A DNA stretch of 33,000 nt. It comes from Botryllus schlosseri (lineage: Eukaryota). Position 1 is the first letter of the stretch. The number at the start of each line of letters is the position of its first letter. Position numbers and translations under genes: made by a program. The notes below the pieces were generated by a model, which saw only the letters and a list, made by a program, of their open reading frames with translations, made no database searches and was not told the origin of the DNA. This document shows positions 12,201 through 24,200 of the stretch, in pieces. The stretch is taken from positions 13,144,001 through 13,177,000 of the forward strand of contig CM119383.1 of NCBI GenBank assembly GCA_051294905.1, in the 5' to 3' direction.

Positions 12201-15200
12201 TTCTGAAGTTTTTTCTCTGTCTACTGCCACTTGAAGTTATTTAGGTCTTACAGCGTTACTTCTACCGTGTAAATTAAAGAATTCAAGCACGAAGACAAAA
12301 ATCGCAAAACATTTCATCACTCGAACAGAAGCAACGGTTACCTTCCCTTCGAAGCGCCCGGGTCAGGAATTGCGTATCCGCGCAAAATCGGAAAAGAATG
12401 CGTCACCAGCTCCAGCCCCGATCCTAAATACCCGTACACATACAAAAGGTACGTCACATCAAAATCCGTCGCCAGAATGGCTTGAAATTCGATGCTTTCG
12501 TTAACAGAATTCAAACTCGTGACGTAGCCTTCCCACGTTACTGTCGTAATTTGCAGGAAGTCTTCAGACTGGCTGAGTTTAGAAGCATCCAGCATTTTGT
12601 TGACATATTGCAACGAAGTCTGGTATTGAGTAGATGTCGGTGTGACCGTATCTGCGCATATACTTGTGAACTCATAATCCGAATAATCATCTCTGACAGC
12701 CCACAGTGGGAGAAAAACTGCTTGAAACTCAGAAGGAAACTGTTTTGAAACAGTCGGATGACTGAGAACTTGAATCCATTCTGTGGGCAGTTCTTTTGCG
12801 GCGAGAATGAATATTCCATTGGACGCGGCGTATAGGTTATCGAGGAAAACATGTTCTGCATTGTGACTGAACGGAACGGAATGGTCAATCTTGATATGAA
12901 TAACATCCGTCTGTAGACAATTAGCTGCGACAAGCAATACAGCCTTCTGATTTTCAGGAGCTGTCTCTGTAGTGTTTTCTCCATGCCTGGGATAGAAAGT
13001 GAATCAACAGATTTTTATATCACCGTATATTCATACAAGATACAAAAGTATGATATGACGTTAACCACTGATTAGTAGGAGGCCTATTCAAGAAAACTTT
13101 TCGTGCACATAATTTTAAAAGGTCCTGGGGCTGTAATGTAAACTAATAAGTGTATCGTTCTCAGTTTTGTAAGTATATGGAAATTTCATCGACTTCAATA
13201 TCAAGAGTAGAGAAATATATTCTGTGCGGCAGTATTAGCATGCTGGTCGTATATAGAGATCAATATAATCCAGTTCTTAAACTGGGGCACATGGACCCCT
13301 TGGGGGTTCGCGTACTAGTGTTAAGGGTCCACGAATGGCAAATGTTGACACTACAACTACATAAAACTACATATTCCTCCAACTGGTAAACAGACTGTGG
13401 CGAGGGCTGTAAGTTATGACCTTTTTTTCTCATCAAGTAGCTTTTTAGGCATGAAATAGACATGATTGAGGCTGGGATTATGATTGGGACTAAGTGATGA
13501 TCATTTTTAGGAGCCTAACGGGTTCACGCCAGATAAAAGATTAAGAAAAATTGATGTAATGAAATGTTTGATGAAATGCATCCCCATACAATGATAAGTT
13601 TTTCATTGTCTTGACATTGAATGAACAAGAAATGTTATAATTAAAGTAAGTATCTGTCACAGTAAATTAGTATCGAGTCACTTGGAAAATGATATTTTGA
13701 TTTTACTGATATAAAATACATAACAATCAATTCAAAGTCACCTCGCTTATTCAAATGTGGAATTATAATAACGCTGTTGCGGTACAAATATCGACTTGTG
13801 ATTCAGATCAAGTAATTCAGGTAGAGCGAGTGCAATGTTCCTCACTAGGAACACCCAACTCACCGTTTTGAATCGCTCTCCGTGGTACCGTCGAAGCAAT
13901 ACAAAAATCTTCCTACACCGTCAAACATTTCGACATGGGGTGGTTTGCATGAACAACTACAAAACATGAATGGTTACATAACAATACCGTAAAAAAGGAA
14001 ATACCAGTAACATACCTGATATCCTCTGATCCACGTAATTTACACACTCCGTTGCCACTTAACTGATCGCATCTGTCCAACGAGTCACCGCAAGGATTGA
14101 TCGCTCCAGATGGACATTCTGTCGGTATGCATTGAATTTCTTCACTGTCCAAACCTGCTTGAAACAGATACTTTGAATTTTTTAAAACTATATGGGGTTC
14201 GAGAAAATATTTACAGATATAGGGTTGCAAATTGTCACAAAAAATATCAAAACTTCTACAAGAAGTTCACTCAATTATTTAAAATTATGCTGTTTTGAAT
14301 CTTTTTGTGCAACTGCTTGGAAATTCAGGATAATTATATGGGAAGTGATAAACTGTGTCACTATCTTGTTGAGAAAATTATGTAGACACAAAACCAGTAG
14401 TATTACTTATTCAAATCATCAATAAAAGTAAGATACAAAAAATTTATTAATAGCAGAGCAGGCTTATGTAAAACATAAATGGGTACCTTACCAATGCAAT
14501 TGTTTCCATCACAAGTCCTGTACCGAGTTTGAATGCCCTTTCCACAAGATGTCGAGCATTCACTAAAATCACTCCATGCACTCCACGTATTCGCAATTTC
14601 ATCACAAGAGCCTTCCGCTGATTCATTGCAGAAACGTCTAAAATAAAACAATTTTTGATATACGGCGAAGATAATTAATGCGGTTGGAGGTAGGGTTTCA
14701 GTGGGTTGCTATCACAAAATATGTTCGATACAGTAATAAAATCGATTTGATTTTACAACCACGCAGTCCTTTATATTATTGCTTCTCGTTTTTTTAATGC
14801 TACTTTACTTATTCGTGTGATTTAGAGCCAGAACCTCATCCATCTCAACAATAAATTTTATATCAACCAATCACTGTCCAAGTAACATGCCACCCCATTT
14901 TTTGTCGCTTGCTTTTTTCCATACTATCCTCTTTTACTTTTCATTCACGGTGCATGCCTCTTCTTTAATATCGCCGAGGCCAAGGTGGGTGTCTGATTCC
15001 AAAGACTACTCCAAGTGGTTCCGACACCTTCTTCCTCTATTCATTGTATAGCAATTTTGTGGTGTATTGAACTGATAAAATTGCTAATAAACCGTACCGA
15101 TTTGTTGTTGTTGTTGAAAGTCCACAACCTATAAAAAAATCTAAAAGATATAATCAAAAGCAGAAATTGGCTCCATACCGCAGTCCCGGCAATAAATCTT

Positions 15201-18200
15201 CGCATATTCCATTAGGGCAAGCGGATTCCGTGCAGTTGAGCGGATCAATACAATAATTTCCAATCATCTCAAAGCCAGCATCACAGACACAAGAGAAAGA
15301 TCCTAACAATAACAAGGACTCGCTAGTATAAATTAATTGAATGCAGAGCAATATCTCACCTTCCGTATTGTGACATGTCGAAAAGGAAGGGCATACGTTA
15401 ACATCCAAACATTCATCAACGTCTATGCAATCGCCCCAATGGTACTTCAGACCTCGAGGGCAATCCACAATGCATATTTCTGAGATAAAGTAAATGGAAA
15501 TATATCAAGACAATATATTAAGTCCATGAAGATGTATCACACATCCTCATAGATTTCTTATGTGTATTTGAGATATGGGCACTGAAAGGCATCGGTCATG
15601 TCACATTGTCAATTATCATAATCAACTGCATTCTTCATTTCACTGTTATAGTTTGAATAATCTCCCATTCTTTGGGATGTTTGTTGTGTCATGTTGTGTT
15701 TTTCAAACAATAGACTGCAATTTATTTTATCATACAGCACTAATGAACCAATTCTAAGTCAGTGCGATCCATCATTCATTACCATAAAGATATGAACAAA
15801 TATACTACTTTACCTCCGTCTGTAGTTTGACAATTTGACAAACGTGAACAATTCCCGTATTGATCTAGCAACAGATCATCTGGACATGCGCACGAAAACC
15901 CACGATACTTGTCCACGCAAAAGGCTGGAGGTGTACAATTATGAACTCTCATTACGCATTCGTTCATAAGTTTTGATCCGCAATCCATAAAATATTCTTC
16001 TTGCCACAAATTACTACCCGCAACAATCTACAGACAATGAAGAAATACTAGTTCCGAAAACTTTTTCTGACTGAAAACTAAATTCGTAAATTCATAAGCA
16101 AAAGACAAGCTCACCTAATGACTTGCTCTGAAAAGAAGCATTGAACTGATGAATTTAAAATGGCTACAATGAGGACAACACACAACATATTCTATTTTAT
16201 TTAAATTAAAGCATTGTTTCTTTGTTTCCATGCACTGCTGTCACTGGCACAAAAAGAAAAACTTTTGCTTACATGCTTTGCGACCACCGTACAAATGACA
16301 TAGCACTATATTACAGGTGGAAAGTATTATTGAAAATCAATAAATCACAGTAATCCGGTATATAAATACAATGCCATGATGATTCATAACAGAAATCAGT
16401 CTCCAATCAGATACGTTTATACAAAGTGTAATATCGCCACCGTTTTATTTTCATTATGGAAAAACATACTGATGTTGACATACTGTAACCACAATACAGT
16501 ATAGGTAATTCTATTCCACTAAACTGTACCATAACACATCAATAAGTTACCTGCTCCATTGACGATTCATCCCATACGGACACCAATAGAAAAACGTTAC
16601 CCCAGCACCATTTGAATATCGTGCTGTCCAAGTCTATATTTCCCAAAAACACAGCGACATCATCAAACGTTGCTTGACCATTTGCTATCTCTTTTTCAGC
16701 AATGGAAGATTCGGTTTTTATTCGAATACAGCTTTCGGTGTGCATCATGGTTTGGAAAGTGGAATAATTTGCAAAGGAATATTTTTCAAAGTCTCTTGCA
16801 CACATGTAGAAGCTAGCAATCGGTTTTATGCTTTGAACTTGCAGATCAGTGGTGAATCCTTGTATAAATAATGATGCTGAGGTCATTCGAGTAGGCAGTG
16901 ATATTGTCTTATCCATAAACTCCAGTTGAAAACTTTTTAGTTGCGTTCTGTGATAAAAAAATCATTAAAAAGACTTTCTTGATGTGTGTTCTGTACTTCA
17001 CATTCTTACCCATTCAATAATAATGGCATATTACCTTTGATTGGAGACGTGTTCCTAACAGTGCTTATAAAGAGGAATTCTTCGGAACACTTTTGGTTCC
17101 TTTGGAGTGCTATGAGGTGTCACCAAGTCTCAAACATGATTTTATATACTATCATACATAGCCTCGTTATTATATGAGTAGGCTATTTAAAAAAATATAT
17201 GTCAATTACTATCTGAATCATGAATATATCTATGTAGTAAGTAATGTTTGGATATCTGCCATGAATAGGTAGTGTATCCGTCTCCCTAGATGATTGACAA
17301 TAATTATTATTATTTTGATTGCCATGGCAAAGTTATACGATGAAAATGTATAAATCGTTGACAATTCACAGTCGTCAAATACAAATATGGCGAAATGATT
17401 TCGAACGATATTATTTTCGTGTGTTAATACTCACTTGGTTTCAGTCGGGCAGTTCATCAAGGTTAATTCCTCTAAGACATGAGCATTATTTAGTAGAGAC
17501 ATCTCGACAAAACTGCTACCTCTCGTGATGAATGCCATTACCTGAAAGATGCAAATAGCAATGGTGACACAGTTGCATAATTTGGTAACAATATGTCAAG
17601 ATTTACTATCGAGCGTAACTATTTACATATCTGCTCACCGGCGTCCTCACATACCACTTATAAAAATATCCAAATTTGAAATGGACTTCAATCACAATCA
17701 TTTTCTGATATTTTCATGCAATTGTTTGCGTTTATCACAATATTAGTGCCAATTATGTCAATAATGTGATGTCCGCACAAAGTATTCACAAATATTTCAT
17801 GTGTGAACACTAAAATTTATGACCATCCGTATTGAGACCTCATACGTTGATGAATATTATGAGCTGTTACATACTCGATACTCACATGCATCAAGATAAT
17901 TATTGAAAAGGGGAGGTGTTGTAGCAATTTGATAACTCGGTCAATATTCAACCTTAGACAAACATCAAAACATGTAATTTCTGAGACCACTGATACAAAT
18001 CAGAAAAGCGTGGATTGTATCAGACATGTTGTTGTGCATACCTTCAAAGAACCGATGTTCGTCTGAGAACAGATTTCCATGACAGTATTGTTGTCGATTT
18101 GCAAAGGGAGCACTAGTTCGAATCCTTTTGTTATCGCATTGTGAGTAGTGTGCTCATGAGTATACGTCAAGTCAGGAAGTTCCCGCTCCATCAAAGGGAT

Positions 18201-21200
18201 CACTTTCACTTCACCAGAGAGGCTATATGTAAACTCTAGCTTCACTGTAATGACGACACTATCGAGAAAGTTTTGGAAAGTGTCAAGAACTGAAAAATTC
18301 CATAGCTGCACCGCATACAATCGATCAACTGAAACTGGCTGGTGATATATCTGCATTTTCATTTGTACAGATGTATTTTTGTTTAGCTCCAGCGCATCAT
18401 GTGATAAAGAATTTTGATCAAGCCAGTTAATACCGGTTACCACCGGTGGAAACAGCTCGAGATCCGCAACTCCAAAGCAGTCAATTTTAAAGGTGACATA
18501 CTTCACGTTGTTGTACAAGACTTGATCAACGGTATAATATAGGTCATTAAACTTCACGTTTGGTTTGATAGTGATCTGCTGTACAATCTCTAATAAGTCT
18601 GTAGTGTCGTTGTCTCTTGTGTGCAAAGCACAAATGTCACTGGAAACATTCATGTTGAATATAACGGTAAAATTCACTTGTTCTAACACATTCCAATACA
18701 TTCTTTGTTGTGATGTCACTGTCCAGTCATACTGTAAAAGATTTCCTGTTGTTTCGATGGAAAAGAAGGATTCAGACTCTTCCCGTTGCAGCTGAAATTG
18801 CCCGAAGTTCCATACCGAAACCTGCATTCTCACTTTCGAACTCTTCAACGGATCAAGTATAATGTCTTCGTGGAAATATTCGTGAACATCGATACTGGTC
18901 TGTAGGCTGTGAAAAGACGACTCTGTCCAAACAAGCACGTCACCTGGGCATTGAACCTTGACAATCTTTTCGAGATAATTATCGCTTTTGTCATTATCAA
19001 TGATAAAGTTTCCATTGTCTTCAACCGATAAGGATATGTGTGACTGTCCGCAAAGCGTTCCAATCAGTCGAATGGGAATTGTGAAAGTAGACTGAATTGT
19101 GATGGAAGGTACGTGGTAACGTTGTATCTTGAACAGTTCGTCGTCAGAGACTACTGCGCCGATGGATTCGTTGAAAATTATGAACGAGCCAGCTTGAAGA
19201 GTGTTGGATTTATCACCGATGCGAATCACTAATTGCAGTTTGACGAAGTTTGCGGTATCGGTGGTGTCGTCCAAAGTTCTGTAAGATGATGTAAACAAGA
19301 CAGAATTGGTCAAAGTTGACAATATTGCTGCTCAAGTAGAAGTAGGAGTAATGCCATAGATTTCTACGCAATTACGCATGAAAGTTCCAAATTCATAGAC
19401 ATATCATAACTAGGGCTGGACACAATGATTCGAGTACTCGAATCTTAATCGAGTATTAATTTTAATGATTCGAGTCGAGTAGTAGGAGATATTTTTGAGT
19501 ATTGGAATTATACGCCCCTAGCCACTAACACAGTGGTTCCCAACGTGGGCAATATTGAGAAACGAAGATGCGAAAAGGGGGCGACTGGGGGCGAAAATGT
19601 TAGATCGTTCTATGAGCTGTATTTAATTAACACGCCTAAAAATGCATGTGAAGACGGCTTATTTTGCATATGACTCGAAAAAGAGGTCAACTCAACGGAA
19701 GGTAGATGCGGTGACTGGTTCTCCGAGCACCTACCACCTTGGAAAAACGGCCTTTTTTATTAAATTCACCAGCGATAAGAGTTGGGTGAATAAATTTCCC
19801 GATTATACGTCCTCTTTTTCCGATCCATAAATATGGGGGGCGAAAACTTGTGTCGAGACTGATAAGGGGTCGATCAGTCGGAAAAGATTGGGAGTCAATG
19901 CACTAAGAGTTAATGTGTCAACGAGAATGATAGTTTTTATGCTATCTCCTCTCTAGAAGCCTTGAATCCTCTGTTGACCGTATCGCAGCACACGAAACAT
20001 GTAGTACAAAGCTAAGCACGTTAGTCAAAATTACATTTCCGTGAAGTCGTGATGAACGCACTGCATTGTCACTAAGTCCAATGTAATTGGCAAGGTAGAT
20101 AATATACCAACATATCTTGAATGTGATTTAAAACTGGCCTCGTGTTCTTTGTGGTCGCATAAAAGGTACATAGGCTATATGTGCTATCCACATCATTCAT
20201 GCTGTTATGACATTACAATGAGTGATACTCGAATACTCGACTCGAAGCTTAATACTCAATTCAGAGTCAACCAATCACTCGGGTACTCGATTTTGCCCAG
20301 CCCTAGTCACAACTATTTCAATTAAAAGCAGAAAACGGTATTCTGAAAAGAAAGCGGGATTATTTTAACACCCGGTATGATATGTTACGACAGTGGTTCT
20401 CAATCTTTTTGTCCCCGCGGACCTTCACAAGTTCTAGTTCAAATATAACTCAATTATCATGCAACAGCCATCTTCTTTTGAAAATATTAACTGTATGCTG
20501 CTGATAAACAGCAACAAAATGACTTTTTTTGTTTAAAGGGGCACTGCACTCTAAAAATGATGTGGTCTCAAATTGAAGGGCAAAACGAAAAAATGTTTGG
20601 CCGCGGCTGTTTTCTTCATAATGCCACCGTAATGGAGCTGCAATTTATTGAAATTTCCACAAGAACTTCACGCTCCAGCAGTCAAGCAGAGATTGAATAT
20701 GTCGTACACGACAGAAATAGAATACACTAGGCACGATTTTGACATAAGTATCATGGCTGAACATCTTCCGTTGAACGCGGTATCTAAACAACCTTGGTGC
20801 GTACGACATCTTTCCTTCATAACATCGGCTGAGAACTACATAAAGTTCGATCTCTACATGACTGCTGGACCGTGAAGTTCTTGTGGAAATTTCAATAAAT
20901 TGCAGCTCCATTACAGTGGCGTTCTGAAGAAAACAGCTGCGGCCAAAAACTTTTTTTCGTTCTGCCCTTCAATTTGAGACCACATCATTTTTAGAGTGCA
21001 GTGCCCCTTTAAAATAGCATCATATTATATGTAGAAATTGGGTAGACTTATATTATTTCAAATCGAATTCAGTAGTTGGATTTCTTGAAATGCATGGTCA
21101 TGTCTTGAGACAGAGAGAGAGAGATATGGTATTCTTTTTCGCCATCACCATCGAGATGCTTTGACGACGGAGATGCGATACGGCCTTTATAGTAAGGTCA

Positions 21201-24200
21201 TCTAGTCTGCACCCCCGTTTTTTCTCCTCCGTGCTATCCGTGATTGCTGAGCGCCTAGCAGGATAGCCGCGGATACCAGTTTTCGAGTCTTTGGTCTGAC
21301 CCGACCGGGGGTCGAACCCACAACCTACCGATCGAGAAGCCGGACGCACAACTATTACACTATCTCGCTCGGTGAAAATCCATTTGATATGAACGAGAGC
21401 CTAAAATCCAGTTCCACAAACATAGAAGATGATGAATGTAGCATTAACGTGTAACGCTTCCAACGACACATTTGGGTATGATCGCAACATAGATGACAAC
21501 AAAAGTGAGAAACACATTTTTATTACTCAAAATATGACTCCCAAGCCTAGTCATTTCTATCTACCAGCTCATCTTCAAGTTCAGAGGAGAAAATGGATTC
21601 TACGCCGAGGTTTCAATTCCTTAATTTGGACAGATTAGGAAATAAAACGTCAGGAATTTTAAATTCAAACGGCTGTTCACTAATTAGCTGAGTCTGAAAA
21701 CTTCAAATCCAAAATGTTTTGCAAACATTTCGCAGTCATAGCCTGATTGAGCTTATTACTCCTACTTTAGTTTTTCCACAAACCCCAGTGAAACAACATC
21801 TCTAAAAACAGCAATATGTTTTATCAGTAGTCTATTGACAATTTGCTAATTGCACAGTAGGATATAACGCCCATTTTGATGATGGGAGTCCTGAAGTTTT
21901 AGAAGCTAGCAAATTCCTTGTGATTTTCCTGATTTAAATATATTACAGATTAGGTTTTCATTAATCTTGCAAATTTAGAGGATTCGCGGGCCCCTAGCGG
22001 TTCGCGAACCACCGGTTGAGAAACATGATTTTAGTATCTTGAAAAAATGTTGTATGTGTAATAATTATGGTTTCGTTACTAGTTTCACCATCAGAACACA
22101 GGTTTGGTCGGCTGTGTGAAGCACACTGACTCATGAACCGAAGGTGCGGGCGAAAGCACTAGAAATCATAAACGGAAATAATCAAATACTATATTGGTAT
22201 GTATCTGAATCTCAAACAGTTTTAGCAGTCAGATAGAACTTCAAAGGAAGCCTCTTACCTCTGAAGTTTCGACGAAATGGAAGCTACAAATGAGCTGCTT
22301 CCCGTTATCCGGACAACGCCATTGTCCGACAAAGAGAAATCGTCCAAAACCAAATAGGAATCATCAGCCGCACCATCGAATTCTCTCAAGTTTGCGACCG
22401 ACCCCAGGGGCAAAGAAAACCAATTGTTACCCCACTGCTTGTCGGCATCAATCAAGGGACCTGGAAATTGATACGTAAACCTATTTACTTAGTACATCGA
22501 ACCCTAATAAAAATATGAAGTCAATGAAATATTAATTAAGTAAAAGGCGGCATGAAAATATCTATTTTGTCTCACAAATATCTACCATGCAAAGAAACGT
22601 GAATGTTAGGAAATAAATTTATTGTAAATATTGGCAGTATGGGTACTTACATGTGATCTGAATAATTAGGTATTTCTGACGGCCGTCTGCGCAAGATGTG
22701 AAAGAAAGACTGAGGTTGCCTTTGGCTCGAATATGAAGCGATGAGCTAGAAATTACACAAATGACTGTGTCAAAATTTGAGGAACTAAAATAGTGCAAAC
22801 ACAAAAAGCAATCCTTATTCTGCATATTCTGCATTGAGATACATATTATGAAGATTATTATCTAAAACCTTACACCTGTTTTTCTAATACATGTCATCAA
22901 CGTCTAGTAACAATGAATGCAATAAAAAATGAGATACATTTCAAATTTGGATTATCATGGATGGTAATCGTGCATTCTAGAAAAATATTCCCGTCGATAC
23001 AGATATTTACTCGAGTGGTAGCGTTTTGAACTACTTTCACTTCTACTTGAGAGGATTTTATCAAAATTACTTACTTTTCACGATTTGGATTTTGTAATGA
23101 AGAAAGGGGTGTATTCCCGTCAAGTTTATGAGTGGAATTGTCATAACGTCTGGGGGAAATAGCCAGGGGCTGTATCATGGTAACTGGACACATTTTCAAA
23201 AATTGCACCAATTTGTAGTGGAATTAGTCATGGAAATGCACCTGAAATTTGAAAAGCAGCCACTTATGATCGGCTACTAAAAGTAGGCAACGTCTCGATC
23301 AAATCAAATTTTTGAAACTATCCGAGTACTTTACTAATCTTGATTTTCTACTTCCACTTCAAACAGTTTTGAAAGGTCTTGGAAATTGCTACTTTTAAAT
23401 GTGATTGAGTATGATTAAACATGATTATTTCTTTTCCTCGGGTACCAGCGATGACTACATCAATCACTTCTGGATTGATATTTGGTTGAAAGCTTAGCAT
23501 TTCCTGCTATATTCAATTCATGTGAACCTCTCTTTGATTTACATCATATTTGGATATATCAACGTCATGTCATAGGAAATTCTGATACGAACCTGTTACC
23601 AACATAAAAATTTGAGCTTTGTACGCGAAGTCGCACTACTTCGTCAAAAGTTCTGTCTAATAGCGGATCATAGGAGACGTAAGCTTTCCAAACAAAATCG
23701 CCATCATGCATTGCTTGTTTCAGAATTGTGGAATTGGCAAATGAAAGCGACGCCGTCACCAAGATAGGAGTATCCACAAAGCATGATAACTTTATCCATG
23801 GCAACACCGATATGACAGACACGTCCTTAACATGATACACATCATCTAAAAGAAAATTATCATAAAACTTGTATTACGCACCAAGTCATTATGACAATGA
23901 CCAGATTTTCTAACCTATGCATCGGATGAACAACTTCTTTGTAATGGAATCATTAGGCGTATAGGGATCAACACAGTGCAGAGCATTCTTGTTGATAGTA
24001 GCCACGATTTCGGTGTGACCACAAAACATAGCATTCCAGCCGTGATCTGATGCGAAAATTATTTCCGTGGACACAGGAATACCCAATGATGGATCATCAG
24101 CTTCAATCAAGTCCGATACTGGGTTTGTAATTAGCGGAATGCTGATCTCACCCCTGAAAAAATATGTTCCAATGAGATCTAACAGGAACAGTAAAGCCTG

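Larger units (their letters stand above)
20391..22027. mobile_element. Possible Buster/Charlie-like MITE interrupted by the Kolobok-like element and the SINE
   Basis: Left end CAGTGGTTCTCAATC…CCCGCGGACC; right end GCGGTTCGCGAACCACCGGTTGAGAAACATG. No matching TSD, so the two ends may belong to different copies. Confidence 0.4.

Noticed and set aside
20645-20911. Overlapping ORFs on both strands inside the foldback element
   Set aside because: Short, partly within the TIRs, and with no transposase motifs.
21290-21373. tRNA gene call; also ORF 21098..21349
   Set aside because: A/B boxes are present but there is no convincing cloverleaf acceptor stem or T-run terminator; the sequence continues into a SINE body and tail.
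22120-22160. CTGACTCATGA…ACCGAAGGT…CGAAAGC, superficially hammerhead-like
   Set aside because: Lacks the CUGANGA core and the three-stem pairing of a hammerhead ribozyme.
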